Positions 27,341-36,037 of a stretch of DNA of 64,000 nucleotides are shown here, in pieces. Under the pieces are notes generated by a model that made no database searches, was not told where the DNA came from, and worked only from the letters and a program-made list of their open reading frames with translations. The position numbers and the translations under genes are program-made. This DNA comes from a virus. Location: positions 11,611 to 75,610 of IMG/VR virus record IMGVR_UViG_3300025131_009354. The stretch is one strand, 5' to 3'. The first letter of the stretch is position 1. The number at the start of each line of letters is the position of its first letter.

Positions 27341-27565
27341 GTAATGCCGTCGATTACGCTACTGGTTGTTATTCTATTAACCCTGTTTTTGCCTGGTGGA
27401 ACTATAATCCTGTTCGTTTGGCATCGCTCAAAGAACATCTTGAAAAAGAACGAATCAGCAAGAAAGAAAAACAACAAGAAAAAAAGAATTCTGCAAAAAT
27501 TGCAGAAGGAACAATCTCGATATATGCGTAGCAAAAGAAATAAGCGTTCACGAAAGGAAAAATAA
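27337..27565 (+). CDS. small protein; two overlapping frames (27337-27531 and 27344-27565), real one unresolved
   Basis: 27344 frame has a TM segment plus basic tail and abuts the next ATG. Confidence 0.4.
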
Positions 27566-27747
27566 TGAACTGCTTTCAAATCGAAGTCCGTGGTGTAACC
27601 TTCACAATTTGGGCCCCTACTCTTCGTGAGGCTGTAGAGACCTTCCTGATTGATATGGATTTCTTCGAAGTTCCCAAGGATGCCATACCGTGCAGTGGAA
27701 GCCCTTGTGGAGAGGATATTTTCCCACCAGAGTGTGGTGGTTTTTAA
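27565..27747 (+). CDS. small hypothetical protein
   Basis: AAGGA SD, 60 aa. Confidence 0.45.
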   Translation: MNCFQIEVRGVTFTIWAPTLREAVETFLIDMDFFEVPKDAIPCSGSPCGEDIFPPECGGF

Positions 27748-27758
27748 TTCCTTTTTTC

Positions 27759-27790
27759 CTTGACTCGTCCTATATTAATGGTATTATATT
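27759..27790 (+). promoter_or_regulatory. early sigma70-type promoter
   Basis: TTGACT(27760-65)-N16-TATTAT, TGG before -10. Confidence 0.75.
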
Positions 27791-27809
27791 GTTAAGGAAG
27801 GAGAGGAAT

Positions 27810-28064
27810 ATGAATTTTCCATGGAAAAAGAGCAAGAAATCGCAACAACCAAAAGAAAGCGAGAAAAATATGTCTATTCAGCTTGGCGATCCAGTAATGA
27901 TCATCCCCGCTAACCAAAATACCGGCAGATCAGCCGACCTCAAAGGTGTTGTTGTTTCTTTCGAAGATAAAGAGAAAACCAGTGCAGTTGTAGTATGGGG
28001 GCTCCCAGGGCTTGAGTTAGAGTCGATTCTTCCTGTTGAGCGGCTAGTCTCGATCGTACAATAG
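27810..28064 (+). CDS. SH3/KOW-like family protein
   Basis: IQLGDPVMI...GVVV...AVVVW...ERL. Confidence 0.6.
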   Translation: MNFPWKKSKKSQQPKESEKNMSIQLGDPVMIIPANQNTGRSADLKGVVVSFEDKEKTSAVVVWGLPGLELESILPVERLVSIVQ

Positions 28065-28273
28065 AGTTCAGTACTTAAGAATAAAATATAGAATGGAATA
28101 CTTTGAATAATTGGTATAATTTGTTTTTTTACCCTGAAAACCATGAATATGGCGCAGGGCTGAGATCTTGGGCTGCCTGTGTTCTTATGGTTGGTATATT
28201 GTTAGCCACTGGCTACCTAGAGGGACTTGAGCAGACCAGTTTTTACGGCAAGTAAGAAAGAAAAGAGATTAAA

Positions 28274-28477
28274 ATGATCCGAATTGCTATTATCGCAGGC
28301 ATTGCCTATTGTTCTATTGGGTATACTCTTAAAAATCCTGACCAAGCGACTAAGCTGTATGATTCTACTTCTAGAGTTGTTTCAGTGGCGTATGAAAAGG
28401 TTAAATTACTTTTTTTAGATGAAGACTCTGCACAAGTGACAGTCATGCCGGAGCAAAAAGTAACAATTCATTTATAA
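28274..28477 (+). CDS. small membrane-anchored protein
   Basis: hydrophobic N-terminus. Confidence 0.45.
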   Translation: MIRIAIIAGIAYCSIGYTLKNPDQATKLYDSTSRVVSVAYEKVKLLFLDEDSAQVTVMPEQKVTIHL

Positions 28478-28487
28478 TTGGAATAGT

Positions 28488-28527
28488 CAAAAATAAAGCT
28501 TGACTTATCCCCTGGGCATGGTATAAA
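28488..28527 (+). promoter_or_regulatory. early sigma70-type promoter
   Basis: CAAAAATAAAGCTTGAC identical to 8866-8882; TTGACT-N16-TATAAA. Confidence 0.75.
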
Positions 28528-28553
28528 AGAGATGTAGAAAGGGAGAAACACTA

Positions 28554-29027
28554 ATGAAGCTCCAATCCGCGCTTAAGAAAATTGACGCCCGAGCCAAGAA
28601 GGTCGGCGTTGAAGTATCCATCCGAGAAGATAAGCGGGCTCACGACTCGCTGTATTATATCCGCTTCGAAGGATCTAACCAGAGCATCAGCTTTTACTCC
28701 AAGTGTAACGGCGAAGATAATATCCACCTGATCAAGGTAACTCGTGATGGTGATGTGAGCGACCCTCAGACCGATTACTTCGCTGGTACATTTGCGGACA
28801 ATCTCACCCAGGCTCTAAACTGGTGTGCCCCGCTTCCCCCGAAATATCCTGCCGGTTCGCTGGTTCGTTTCAAAGATAACAAGCGAAACGGTCGCTCCAG
28901 ACTCACGGGTATTGTCGCTCTGGTAATAGAGGCAAAGACCGGCGGAAACTACAAGGTTCAGTATGCTGGTCAAAAAGACCGCTACCATCCTTACTTCTCC
29001 GAGCGTGACTTAGAAAGGATTTCATAA
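28554..29027 (+). CDS. early protein with C-terminal SH3/KOW-like domain
   Basis: SDPQTDYFAG; YPAGSLVRF...ALVI...YKVQY...ERDLE. Confidence 0.65.
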   Translation: MKLQSALKKIDARAKKVGVEVSIREDKRAHDSLYYIRFEGSNQSISFYSKCNGEDNIHLIKVTRDGDVSDPQTDYFAGTFADNLTQALNWCAPLPPKYPAGSLVRFKDNKRNGRSRLTGIVALVIEAKTGGNYKVQYAGQKDRYHPYFSERDLERIS

Positions 29028-29341
29028 TGGCCTCGCCAAACCCTGAAGTTGAGTTTCATCTTAGTGGCTTTCTTGAGCAATGTAGTGAAATCCTCAAAGA
29101 GCATTATGAAACGAAGCTCCCCACTTTGGATATCCCAGATATTAAGGTCTATCCTGGCGGAAAATATTATAAGGTTGCCAAGAAAGACAACAGCCATAAC
29201 GAATCTGTTTGGTTCTTCGTGGATAAAGAAGACGGCAATATTTGGAAAGCCGCTTCTTGGAAGGCTCCAGCTAAGAACTTCCCTCGTGGAAACATTCTTG
29301 AGGACGTTGCCAAAGATGTAATTGGTGTTTACGGACTTTAG
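29027..29341 (+). CDS. conserved phage protein
   Basis: GKYYKV...SVWFFVD..GNIWKAASWKAPAK..RGNI motif typical of large marine phages. Confidence 0.7.
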   Translation: MASPNPEVEFHLSGFLEQCSEILKEHYETKLPTLDIPDIKVYPGGKYYKVAKKDNSHNESVWFFVDKEDGNIWKAASWKAPAKNFPRGNILEDVAKDVIGVYGL

Positions 29342-29349
29342 GAGAGGAC

Positions 29350-29574
29350 ATGGATCAGTGGAATGAGTTTGAAGACATGGAGCACTTGCATAATTGTATT
29401 GTGGCCAATCTTGAAGCAGGCATTCTAACACAGGAAGATTTGGAAAAGCCCAACTGGGGAGTTTCTCCGCTTTTTCTGATTGAAGCCGGACGAAACGAAA
29501 TTACCGCTAAACGGGCAAGTTGGCTAATACCTACTTTGTTTCTTTCCGGGTTTTTGCTCGGTTACTTTTTATAG
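29350..29574 (+). CDS. small protein with C-terminal TM
   Basis: GGAGAGG SD. Confidence 0.5.
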   Translation: MDQWNEFEDMEHLHNCIVANLEAGILTQEDLEKPNWGVSPLFLIEAGRNEITAKRASWLIPTLFLSGFLLGYFL

Positions 29575-29612
29575 CATCTATTTATTGGCTACACAAAATA
29601 CAGGAGAACAAA

Positions 29613-29792
29613 ATGAAAATTGGTGATATTGTAAAGATTGTCCCAAGTACCAAAGAGGGTGACAGAGACCTATCCGGTATTATTGTCGATATTAAAACAG
29701 ATAGGGCTAAAGTAGTTTGGGAACTCACAGAGAATATTCATACCCAAGGAATTGTCCACATTGACCGTTTAATCAAACACCCCCATTTTTAG
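29613..29792 (+). CDS. small SH3/KOW-like 'GDLV' family protein
   Basis: MKIGDIVKI...GIIV...AKVVW...DRL. Confidence 0.65.
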   Translation: MKIGDIVKIVPSTKEGDRDLSGIIVDIKTDRAKVVWELTENIHTQGIVHIDRLIKHPHF

Positions 29793-29801
29793 GAGAAGAA
29801 A

Positions 29802-30044
29802 ATGAAAATCACTGAACAAGAATTTGATGCTATTAGACAAGGGTTGTGGGCTGCCTTTAACGAAGGTTGCTTGGATGAAAAATGTTGCCTTTCAGCGATG
29901 GACAAGATGAAAGAGGTTTATAAACGATATCGGTGGTTCAAGGACCAACTTTCATATTTTGACCCCTCTGAACTTCAAAGAGAATATATTGAAGAGTTTG
30001 GAAGCTGGGGGAAAGGAGAAGAAAATGAAAAAGAAAAACACTAA
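29802..30044 (+). CDS. hypothetical protein
   Basis: AGGAG SD. Confidence 0.5.
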   Translation: MKITEQEFDAIRQGLWAAFNEGCLDEKCCLSAMDKMKEVYKRYRWFKDQLSYFDPSELQREYIEEFGSWGKGEENEKEKH

Positions 30045-30220
30045 ACGAAGATAAGTGTCAAGGGTAAACCTGAACCGATCTGGCAGGAACCATAAAGAGC
30101 CAGCGTCCCTACCTTCAGTAACCATGTACCTTTGAAGAGTTGCGTGTGGAAAACGGTTTGTAGGGTTAGATACAAAACTAACAGGAATCCTCTTCAAAGG
30201 GGTGAAAACTCTTCAAATCT

Positions 30221-30292
30221 AGGGACGTAGCTCAGTGGTAGAGCACCGGACTTTTAATCCGATGGTCGTGGGTTCAATCCCCACCGTCCCTA
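30221..30292 (+). tRNA. tRNA-Lys(TTT), CCA not encoded
   Basis: AGGGACG/CGTCCCT acceptor stem, loop CTTTTAA, GTTCAATC T-loop. Confidence 0.92.
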
Positions 30293-30300
30293 CAACAATT

Positions 30301-30377
<77 letters not shown>

Positions 30378-30387
30378 AGGAGTTTCA

Positions 30388-30987
30388 ATGTTGCGAATTT
30401 TGGGAAAGTTGCCGAGAGAGTTAGGAGTCGCCGTCAGCGGCGGACCAGACTCCATGGCTATTTTAGATTTTCTCAGCAACAATCACGATGTGACCGCAGT
30501 TTATTTCGACCACGGCACCGACTTCGGGAAGAAATGTAAAAGATTTGTAAAGAACTTTTGCGATAATAGAAATATTCCCTTTGTGATAGGAGTTAATTAT
30601 AATGATTGTCCTCCGCACAAATCACTCGAAGAGCACTGGCGTGACGAGCGTTACAAGTTCCTACATAGCTTTGATATGCCCATCATCACGGGTCATAACT
30701 TAGACGACGTGATAGAGTGGTTTTTGTTCTCTTCGATTCATGGCGCAGGCAAGGTAATGCCCTACAACAACAAAAACGTCATTCGACCATTTATCTCTAC
30801 CTCTAAACGCTCGCTGGAAGCTTGGTGTTATAGAAAAGAAGTTCCATATTTGGTTGACCCCGGAAACGCAGACAGAAAGTTCATGCGCAGCATTATCCGG
30901 CATGACATTATGCCTCACGCACGGCTCGTAAATCCGGGGATCGAAAAGACATTTAAAAAACTCGTGGAAAAGGAATATAATAACTAA
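30388..30987 (+). CDS. tilS: tRNA(Ile)-lysidine synthetase, catalytic domain only
   Basis: VAVSGGPDS PP-loop, DHG, GHNLDD, IRPF, DPGN, RSIIRH; AAGGAG SD; flanked by tRNAs including CAT. Confidence 0.88.
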   Translation: MLRILGKLPRELGVAVSGGPDSMAILDFLSNNHDVTAVYFDHGTDFGKKCKRFVKNFCDNRNIPFVIGVNYNDCPPHKSLEEHWRDERYKFLHSFDMPIITGHNLDDVIEWFLFSSIHGAGKVMPYNNKNVIRPFISTSKRSLEAWCYRKEVPYLVDPGNADRKFMRSIIRHDIMPHARLVNPGIEKTFKKLVEKEYNN

Positions 30988-30997
30988 GAAAGGATAT

Positions 30998-31074
30998 AGG
31001 GGATTAGCTCAATTGGTCAGAGCACTCGACTCATAATCGATAGGTTCAGGGTTCAAGTCCCTGATCCCCTACCA
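30998..31074 (+). tRNA. tRNA-Ile2(CAT), lysidine-type
   Basis: AGGGGAT/ATCCCCT acceptor, CGACTCATAATCG anticodon arm like bacterial tRNA-Ile2; directly after tilS; CCA. Confidence 0.85.
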
Positions 31075-31077
31075 AAA

Positions 31078-31152
31078 GCCGCTTTAGCTCAGGGGTAGAG
31101 CAGCAGTTTTGTAAACTGCCGGTCATCTGTTCGAATCAGATAAGCGGCTCCA
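31078..31152 (+). tRNA. tRNA-Thr(TGT)
   Basis: GCCGCTT/AAGCGGC acceptor, loop TTTGTAA, CCA. Confidence 0.93.
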
Positions 31153-31153
31153 T

Positions 31154-31229
31154 GCGGGCATAACTCAGTTGGTAGAGTGTCAGTTTTCCAAACTGAATGT
31201 CGTCGGTTCGAACCCGACTGTCCGCTCCA
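31154..31229 (+). tRNA. tRNA-Gly(TCC)
   Basis: GCGGGCA/TGTCCGC acceptor, loop TTTCCAA, TCCA end. Confidence 0.93.
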
Positions 31230-31230
31230 G

Positions 31231-31318
31231 GGAAGAGTGTCCGAGTGGTCGATGGTGAGGCACTAGAAATGCCTTGTACAGCGATGTACCGTGGGTTCGA
31301 ACCCCACCTCTTCCTCCA
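31231..31318 (+). tRNA. tRNA-Ser(AGA), class II, A at wobble position
   Basis: GGAAGAG/CTCTTCC acceptor, AGGCA-CTAGAAA-TGCCT anticodon arm, long variable arm GTACA-GCGA-TGTAC, CCA. Confidence 0.85.
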
Positions 31319-31324
31319 AGAATA

Positions 31325-31349
31325 AAGGGCTCCCTTCGGGGGGCTTTTT
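31325..31349 (+). terminator. intrinsic terminator after tRNA cluster
   Basis: GGGCTCCC-TTCG-GGGGGCTT followed by T run. Confidence 0.8.
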
Positions 31350-31609
31350 ATTTATCTTTTTTTGCCCTAAAGATTACGTGGACTCAGAAATTTCCGGGAA
31401 CAAAAAAAATATATATTAAAGACGTTCTTTTATGAATAAAGAGTCTAATTAAAACGTATAAGGGTCGCTCACTCTACTAACTCAGTGAGCCCTCATAACT
31501 ACGGTTATGAAACAGTTTCCTACAAAGAGTTCCAATAGTCGCCGTTTTAGCGGCGATCGTTTATATAAAATGTTATAATACTTTTTATATTTCTCAAGGA
31601 GGAAATATT

Positions 31610-32992
31610 ATGGCTAATGTATTATCCGGTTCAACAATCGGTAAATCTATGCAGGTTAATGTAGATATTCTAGGTGGTATTCAGTACAGCGCCAACACCG
31701 GCAGCTTTAAAGGGTTGCCCACGAAGGCGTCCTTGACGACCGCTGCGGAGCAAAAGCAATATCTTAGTTCTTCGTTCGGTTCAGATACCGGAACAATTAT
31801 TCAGGCGCTTAATCACCTGAAAGCTCAATCGAGCGCGGTTGCGCCCGCGGGTTTGACGGGATCGATCCAGCTACGTAATTCAGACGGGACAGGGTTTGAG
31901 GCTGTTCCAGGCCTCCGCGCTATCCACACCGATTTGCACGTCCCCGCTAAACTGAATGTGACTGGTGCCGTAGATATGGCATCTACATTGCAAGTTGATG
32001 GTGTCGGTACCTTTACGGCTCAGTCGGTTCACAGCGCTGGTGCTACGTTCAACTCGGCTGGTTTGTCTGCTTGTGGTGCCATCGCTGGTGGTACCACCCT
32101 GGCTCTAAGTGACCTTGCTAGTGTCGCCTCCATTTCGATGGATGACGGCTCTACATTGGGACCTGACTCGGTTGCTGATTTGTGGACATTCAGTGCCGCT
32201 GGTGACACCACGCAGAAAGACGGTGCTTATGACTTTGATATTGCGTCTCACGACGGAACCAACGGTCTTAAGCTTGGTGGGGTTCTGGTTGATGCTTCGG
32301 CTGGCGATCTTAACTACACCAATGTAGCTGCTGCCGGCACGGCTGAAGCCTCTAAGGCTCTTGTCGTGGATGCTAACAAGGATATTGGCACCATTCGCAA
32401 TCTTACGATTGATGGTACCTTTAGCGATGGCAACTACACCTTTGACACAAGCGGCAATGTAAGTGGTCTCGGTACAGTTGGTTGTGGTGCTATTACTTCA
32501 ACTGGTGCTTCTACGCTTGGAAGCATCTCGTCGGTCGGTGCTGTTACTTCAACTGGTATGATTACAGCCGGCTCAAGCTTCGTCATTGGATCTGCCGATC
32601 TAAATGAAGCCGACATGGAAAAACTTGATGGTATTACTGATGGTACGGCTGCTGCAAACAAGGCTCTTGTCTTGGATGCTAACAAGGATATTGGCACCAT
32701 TCGCAATCTTACGATTGATGGTGTCTTTACCGATGGCAACTACACCTTTGACACAAGCGGCAACGTAAGTGGTCTCGGCGAGGTTGGTTGTGGTGCTATT
32801 ACTTCAACTGGTGCTTCTTCGTTCGGAAGCATCTCGTACGTCGGTGATGTTACTGTGCAGGACATAGCCGCCGCGGCCTGGGATGACATTCCATCCTTCC
32901 AGATTCAGGGAACTAATGCTGCTGGGCAAATTGCTAACTTCCGGCTCATGGTTTCTGGTGGTATTCTAAGAGCCGCACAGGGAACTGCATAA
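31610..32992 (+). CDS. virion structural / fibre-like protein with internal repeat
   Basis: Gly/Ser/Thr/Ala-rich beta-type sequence, KALVxDANKDI motifs, strong AAGGAGG SD, highly expressed-type codons. Confidence 0.65.
   Translation: MANVLSGSTIGKSMQVNVDILGGIQYSANTGSFKGLPTKASLTTAAEQKQYLSSSFGSDTGTIIQALNHLKAQSSAVAPAGLTGSIQLRNSDGTGFEAVPGLRAIHTDLHVPAKLNVTGAVDMASTLQVDGVGTFTAQSVHSAGATFNSAGLSACGAIAGGTTLALSDLASVASISMDDGSTLGPDSVADLWTFSAAGDTTQKDGAYDFDIASHDGTNGLKLGGVLVDASAGDLNYTNVAAAGTAEASKALVVDANKDIGTIRNLTIDGTFSDGNYTFDTSGNVSGLGTVGCGAITSTGASTLGSISSVGAVTSTGMITAGSSFVIGSADLNEADMEKLDGITDGTAAANKALVLDANKDIGTIRNLTIDGVFTDGNYTFDTSGNVSGLGEVGCGAITSTGASSFGSISYVGDVTVQDIAAAAWDDIPSFQIQGTNAAGQIANFRLMVSGGILRAAQGTA
32354..32854 (+). 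repeat. ~195-bp near-identical direct repeat (32354-32548 and 32660-32854, 306-bp period)
   Basis: AAGGCTCTTGTC...GTTACT repeated with few substitutions, in frame. Confidence 0.9.
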
Positions 32993-33017
32993 TCTTAGAT
33001 AACATAACTGGTTTTTT

Positions 33018-33047
33018 AAACAGGGGGCTTCGGCTCCCTGTTTTTTT
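33018..33047 (+). terminator. intrinsic terminator
   Basis: AAACAGGGGGC-TTCG-GCTCCCTG followed by T7. Confidence 0.85.
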
Positions 33048-33062
33048 ATATCTATTTATAAT

Positions 33063-33686
33063 ATGTCCCGCATAAAACTCAAAAAGCTAACTCTTCAATA
33101 TGCCTTTCTAAAATTAGAGAAAGAAGAAGTAGAAGAGGCTTGTTCCGGCCAAGAAAAAGAAATTCAAGAATATATGAGAAAGTATTACCCAGAATACTAT
33201 GAAGTTTCTCCAGAGGCTGAGGAGAAGCCCAAACAAGAAGACGCTGAAAATAAAGCAGAGAAGACAGACAATAAAGAGGAAGATATACCCGAGGATTCTG
33301 AACCAGAAGATATAGAAGAGTTCGAAGAACGAGAGTCAATTCCAAAAAACAAGGATCTTAGGACTCTTTATCGTAAGATTGTATCAAAAACACATCCAGA
33401 CAAAATAGGAGATGATAAATATGCTGAAGTATTTAATGCTGCGGCCAGAGCCTATGAAGAAGATAATCTTGCGAAGCTGTTAGAGATAGCCGGCACGCTC
33501 AATATAGAATTAGTGGAACTATCCCCAGAATCCGTCGCTCTCTTAGAAAATAACATAAAAATGTTAGTCAAAGAAGTACATAATATGAAGCAGTCTACAG
33601 CCTGGGCTTGGGCAAACGCCGAAACCGAGGAACAAAAACAAAAGATTATCAAGTTTTTAATGGATTCAAGGGGAATTAAAAAATGA
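33063..33686 (+). CDS. J-domain (DnaJ-like) protein
   Basis: LRTLYRKIVSKTHPDK with HPD motif, FNAAARAYE. Confidence 0.75.
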   Translation: MSRIKLKKLTLQYAFLKLEKEEVEEACSGQEKEIQEYMRKYYPEYYEVSPEAEEKPKQEDAENKAEKTDNKEEDIPEDSEPEDIEEFEERESIPKNKDLRTLYRKIVSKTHPDKIGDDKYAEVFNAAARAYEEDNLAKLLEIAGTLNIELVELSPESVALLENNIKMLVKEVHNMKQSTAWAWANAETEEQKQKIIKFLMDSRGIKK

Positions 33687-34042
33687 ACGAACAAAGTAAA
33701 AGACAAATAGCAGTTGTAGTTAATGACGATGATCTTCGCCCAATACTGAAGAATATCTTTATTCTTATTGTGAAAAGAAATAACACTCTCAGAGAAGAAG
33801 CCCTTAAAGCGCTCGATAAGGAAATCAACGAAGGCGAACCATCAGATATTATAAAGGCTATGACAGGACTTACAGCCGTGGCGGCACAAATGGCTGTAGA
33901 GCTTCAGGACGTTGCTGCCCTAGTACACCAAATGAATGATCAAGTGGAAGAGGAAGAACTACTCTCCCCCGATGCAGAGGTCATTGAAGATTTGCCTAAT
34001 CTGCCGGAAAACAGTCTCAGAATTAGTGACCGGAGTGAATAG
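33683..34042 (+). CDS. hypothetical helical protein
   Basis: overlapping start/stop with J-domain gene. Confidence 0.5.
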   Translation: MNEQSKRQIAVVVNDDDLRPILKNIFILIVKRNNTLREEALKALDKEINEGEPSDIIKAMTGLTAVAAQMAVELQDVAALVHQMNDQVEEEELLSPDAEVIEDLPNLPENSLRISDRSE

Positions 34043-35224
34043 GCGATCGTGCTCGCCACGAACCAACTCTAAAAAAGTATGATGATGTTCAAGTAGGGCA
34101 AAGATGAATATTTCAAAGCCTCCATCGAGCGCCAATTGATTGACTTCTCTCACGTCTGTGCCAACAATTGTTTGAGATATCTCGTCTGTCATTAGTATTA
34201 TTACTTTTTGGTTCCCGCTTTCCCAGCCAAAGGGATACAACCCGTTCATCGACCATTTTAGAGCGTCGATTGATGGTTCGACACCACCGTCAGGAAGCTG
34301 ACGGATGGACTCAAGATATGGAAGAAAATCCACAGCGTCAACGAAGTTTGTGACCATCTCAGAATGACGGGTTAAAGCTGGCTCATATGCCCCAAGGGAA
34401 TGTCTACCTATGACAGCCAGACCAAATCGAAAGTTGCTTGTCAAAGGGTCGTCTAAAAGAGGAGCAATGCCCTCTATCATTGATTCTATCTCGTCATCAA
34501 ACGATCCGGAAATATCGATAATAAAGACAATATCCACTCCACGATTATCGAAGCCCTCATCAACTTCACCATCGCAGTCGTTGTCTAAATCATCACAACG
34601 CTCAGGTACAGGCAAAACCTGTCCATCACAAGGCCCGTCAAAACCACCCTCTTGGCAATATCTAACTCCTGCCCTGCATTCGCCAACAGCCATTGTGCCA
34701 GCCGGCCCATCATAACAAACAATGGCTGTTGTGTTGGCAACTCCTTCGTCAATTGTTCCGTTACAGTTATTGTCTAATCCGTCACACACTTCCTCTTGCG
34801 GGCCAACGTGCCCATCACAGAAAAGGTCTGACTCTTCACATTTCATTACGCCAGGAGTGCAGACGCCCACACCATAATCTGCTCCTTCAACAAACCCGCA
34901 CAGCATGTGTTGTTCTGGATATGTTTCGTCTACGGCTCCGTCGCAGTCATTATCTATTCCATCACATTCTTCGCTTGTTGGTGCAACTGCACCATGACAC
35001 TCTCCCCAACCATTAAAAGTACACCTCCTGGTGCCATATGAACATTGTCCCGGAATAGTAGGGAGTTTAGCTGGGTTCATGTTGGCATATATTTCACCAA
35101 GATGATTGCACACCTGTTCTTGTCCCGGCGTACACTCTAGCGCAATTAACTCATCATCATCTAAACATGCAGAGCAGCTTGCGAGCAAGATCGCGGGCAC
35201 CAAAAATAATAATAAACGTCTCAC
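33959..35224 (-). CDS. lipoprotein with Cys-rich CDGxDNDCDG repeats (MopE-like putative metal-binding motif) and C-terminal vWA domain
   Basis: lipobox LASC; three ECDGIDNDCDG-type repeats; DIVFIIDISGS MIDAS, ILMTDE. Confidence 0.85.
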   Translation of the reverse strand: MRRLLLFLVPAILLASCSACLDDDELIALECTPGQEQVCNHLGEIYANMNPAKLPTIPGQCSYGTRRCTFNGWGECHGAVAPTSEECDGIDNDCDGAVDETYPEQHMLCGFVEGADYGVGVCTPGVMKCEESDLFCDGHVGPQEEVCDGLDNNCNGTIDEGVANTTAIVCYDGPAGTMAVGECRAGVRYCQEGGFDGPCDGQVLPVPERCDDLDNDCDGEVDEGFDNRGVDIVFIIDISGSFDDEIESMIEGIAPLLDDPLTSNFRFGLAVIGRHSLGAYEPALTRHSEMVTNFVDAVDFLPYLESIRQLPDGGVEPSIDALKWSMNGLYPFGWESGNQKVIILMTDEISQTIVGTDVREVNQLALDGGFEIFIFALLEHHHTFLELVRGEHDRLFTPVTNSETVFRQIRQIFNDLCIGGE

Positions 35225-35691
35225 TTCATCGTATCCTCAGCGCAACTTTCAAAAGTCGAATATAATACCATGGTCATGACGGTACTATTGAATACACGAA
35301 ATCGAATCTTCTTCAAGGGAAGATCTTCCATATTATACATCGCCGTCAAAACAATTGGAGGCGTATTATCTGATTGGGAAGGGGTTTTAAAAGCTAGAAG
35401 GAGTGAGTTCCCAGGGCCGTTTTGTAAGATCCCAGAAATATAGCCATCTTTTATTACTTCGGGTATTCCGATTTGAGCGGAAGACGTATCACCTGGGAAG
35501 GTGGTTATCCTATCGCTAATATGGATGACCCACTTGCAGTTATTGTTCTGCCCCGGCATATAAAATGTGGATTTTGCCGCAAATACAGTTTGATGTATAT
35601 TGTTGGCTTTTGTTTGGTAATAAAGAGCCGCGGCGCAAGAGATAGCAAGTATCCCCAGAAGTATAACTCTTTTTGTAAGGAATTTAGTCAA
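35221..35691 (-). CDS. membrane-anchored/secreted hypothetical protein
   Basis: N-terminal hydrophobic segment; overlaps the downstream start. Confidence 0.55.
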   Translation of the reverse strand: MTKFLTKRVILLGILAISCAAALYYQTKANNIHQTVFAAKSTFYMPGQNNNCKWVIHISDRITTFPGDTSSAQIGIPEVIKDGYISGILQNGPGNSLLLAFKTPSQSDNTPPIVLTAMYNMEDLPLKKIRFRVFNSTVMTMVLYSTFESCAEDTMK

Positions 35692-35701
35692 GATACTCTC
35701 C

Positions 35702-35956
35702 TTACGGGAGAGGGCTTATCTCAACTACCTTTCCCTTGGGAGATAAAGTAATAAAAGGCATCTTCTTTATCTCTTTAATAAGTATCTCGTTGTTTGGGCT
35801 TTTTGTTTTCTTTTCTATCCAGACAAGAATTTGTGTTTTTTCTTTAATCTGTCCAATGTATGACCACTCGCCTTCGACCTTTTGCCAAATTTGAGGAAAG
35901 TCAATACTTTGGCTTCCAAATATTAAAAGTCCGAACAACATAATGTTGTTTATCAT
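35702..35956 (-). CDS. hypothetical secreted protein
   Basis: likely start MINNIMLFGLL; ACTATTTAT motif upstream on the minus strand (36004-36012). Confidence 0.45.
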   Translation of the reverse strand: MINNIMLFGLLIFGSQSIDFPQIWQKVEGEWSYIGQIKEKTQILVWIEKKTKSPNNEILIKEIKKMPFITLSPKGKVVEISPLP

Positions 35957-36037
35957 ATCTTGATCCAATCCTTTCGTGAAATTAATAACCAGATTTACTG
36001 TGGATAAATAGTATCCCTTCACTCTAGTTACTACGAT

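Noticed and set aside
30030-30061. Minus-strand promoter at TTGACA (30061-30056)
   Set aside because: No -10 element at the correct spacing.
30998-31074. Calling the CAT tRNA Met or initiator
   Set aside because: It lacks the three G-C anticodon-stem pairs and the unpaired position 1 of initiators; the arm matches Ile2 and tilS is adjacent.
32354-32854. Diversity-generating retroelement TR/VR pair
   Set aside because: Both copies are in frame within one gene, differences are not restricted to adenines, and no reverse transcriptase is in the window.
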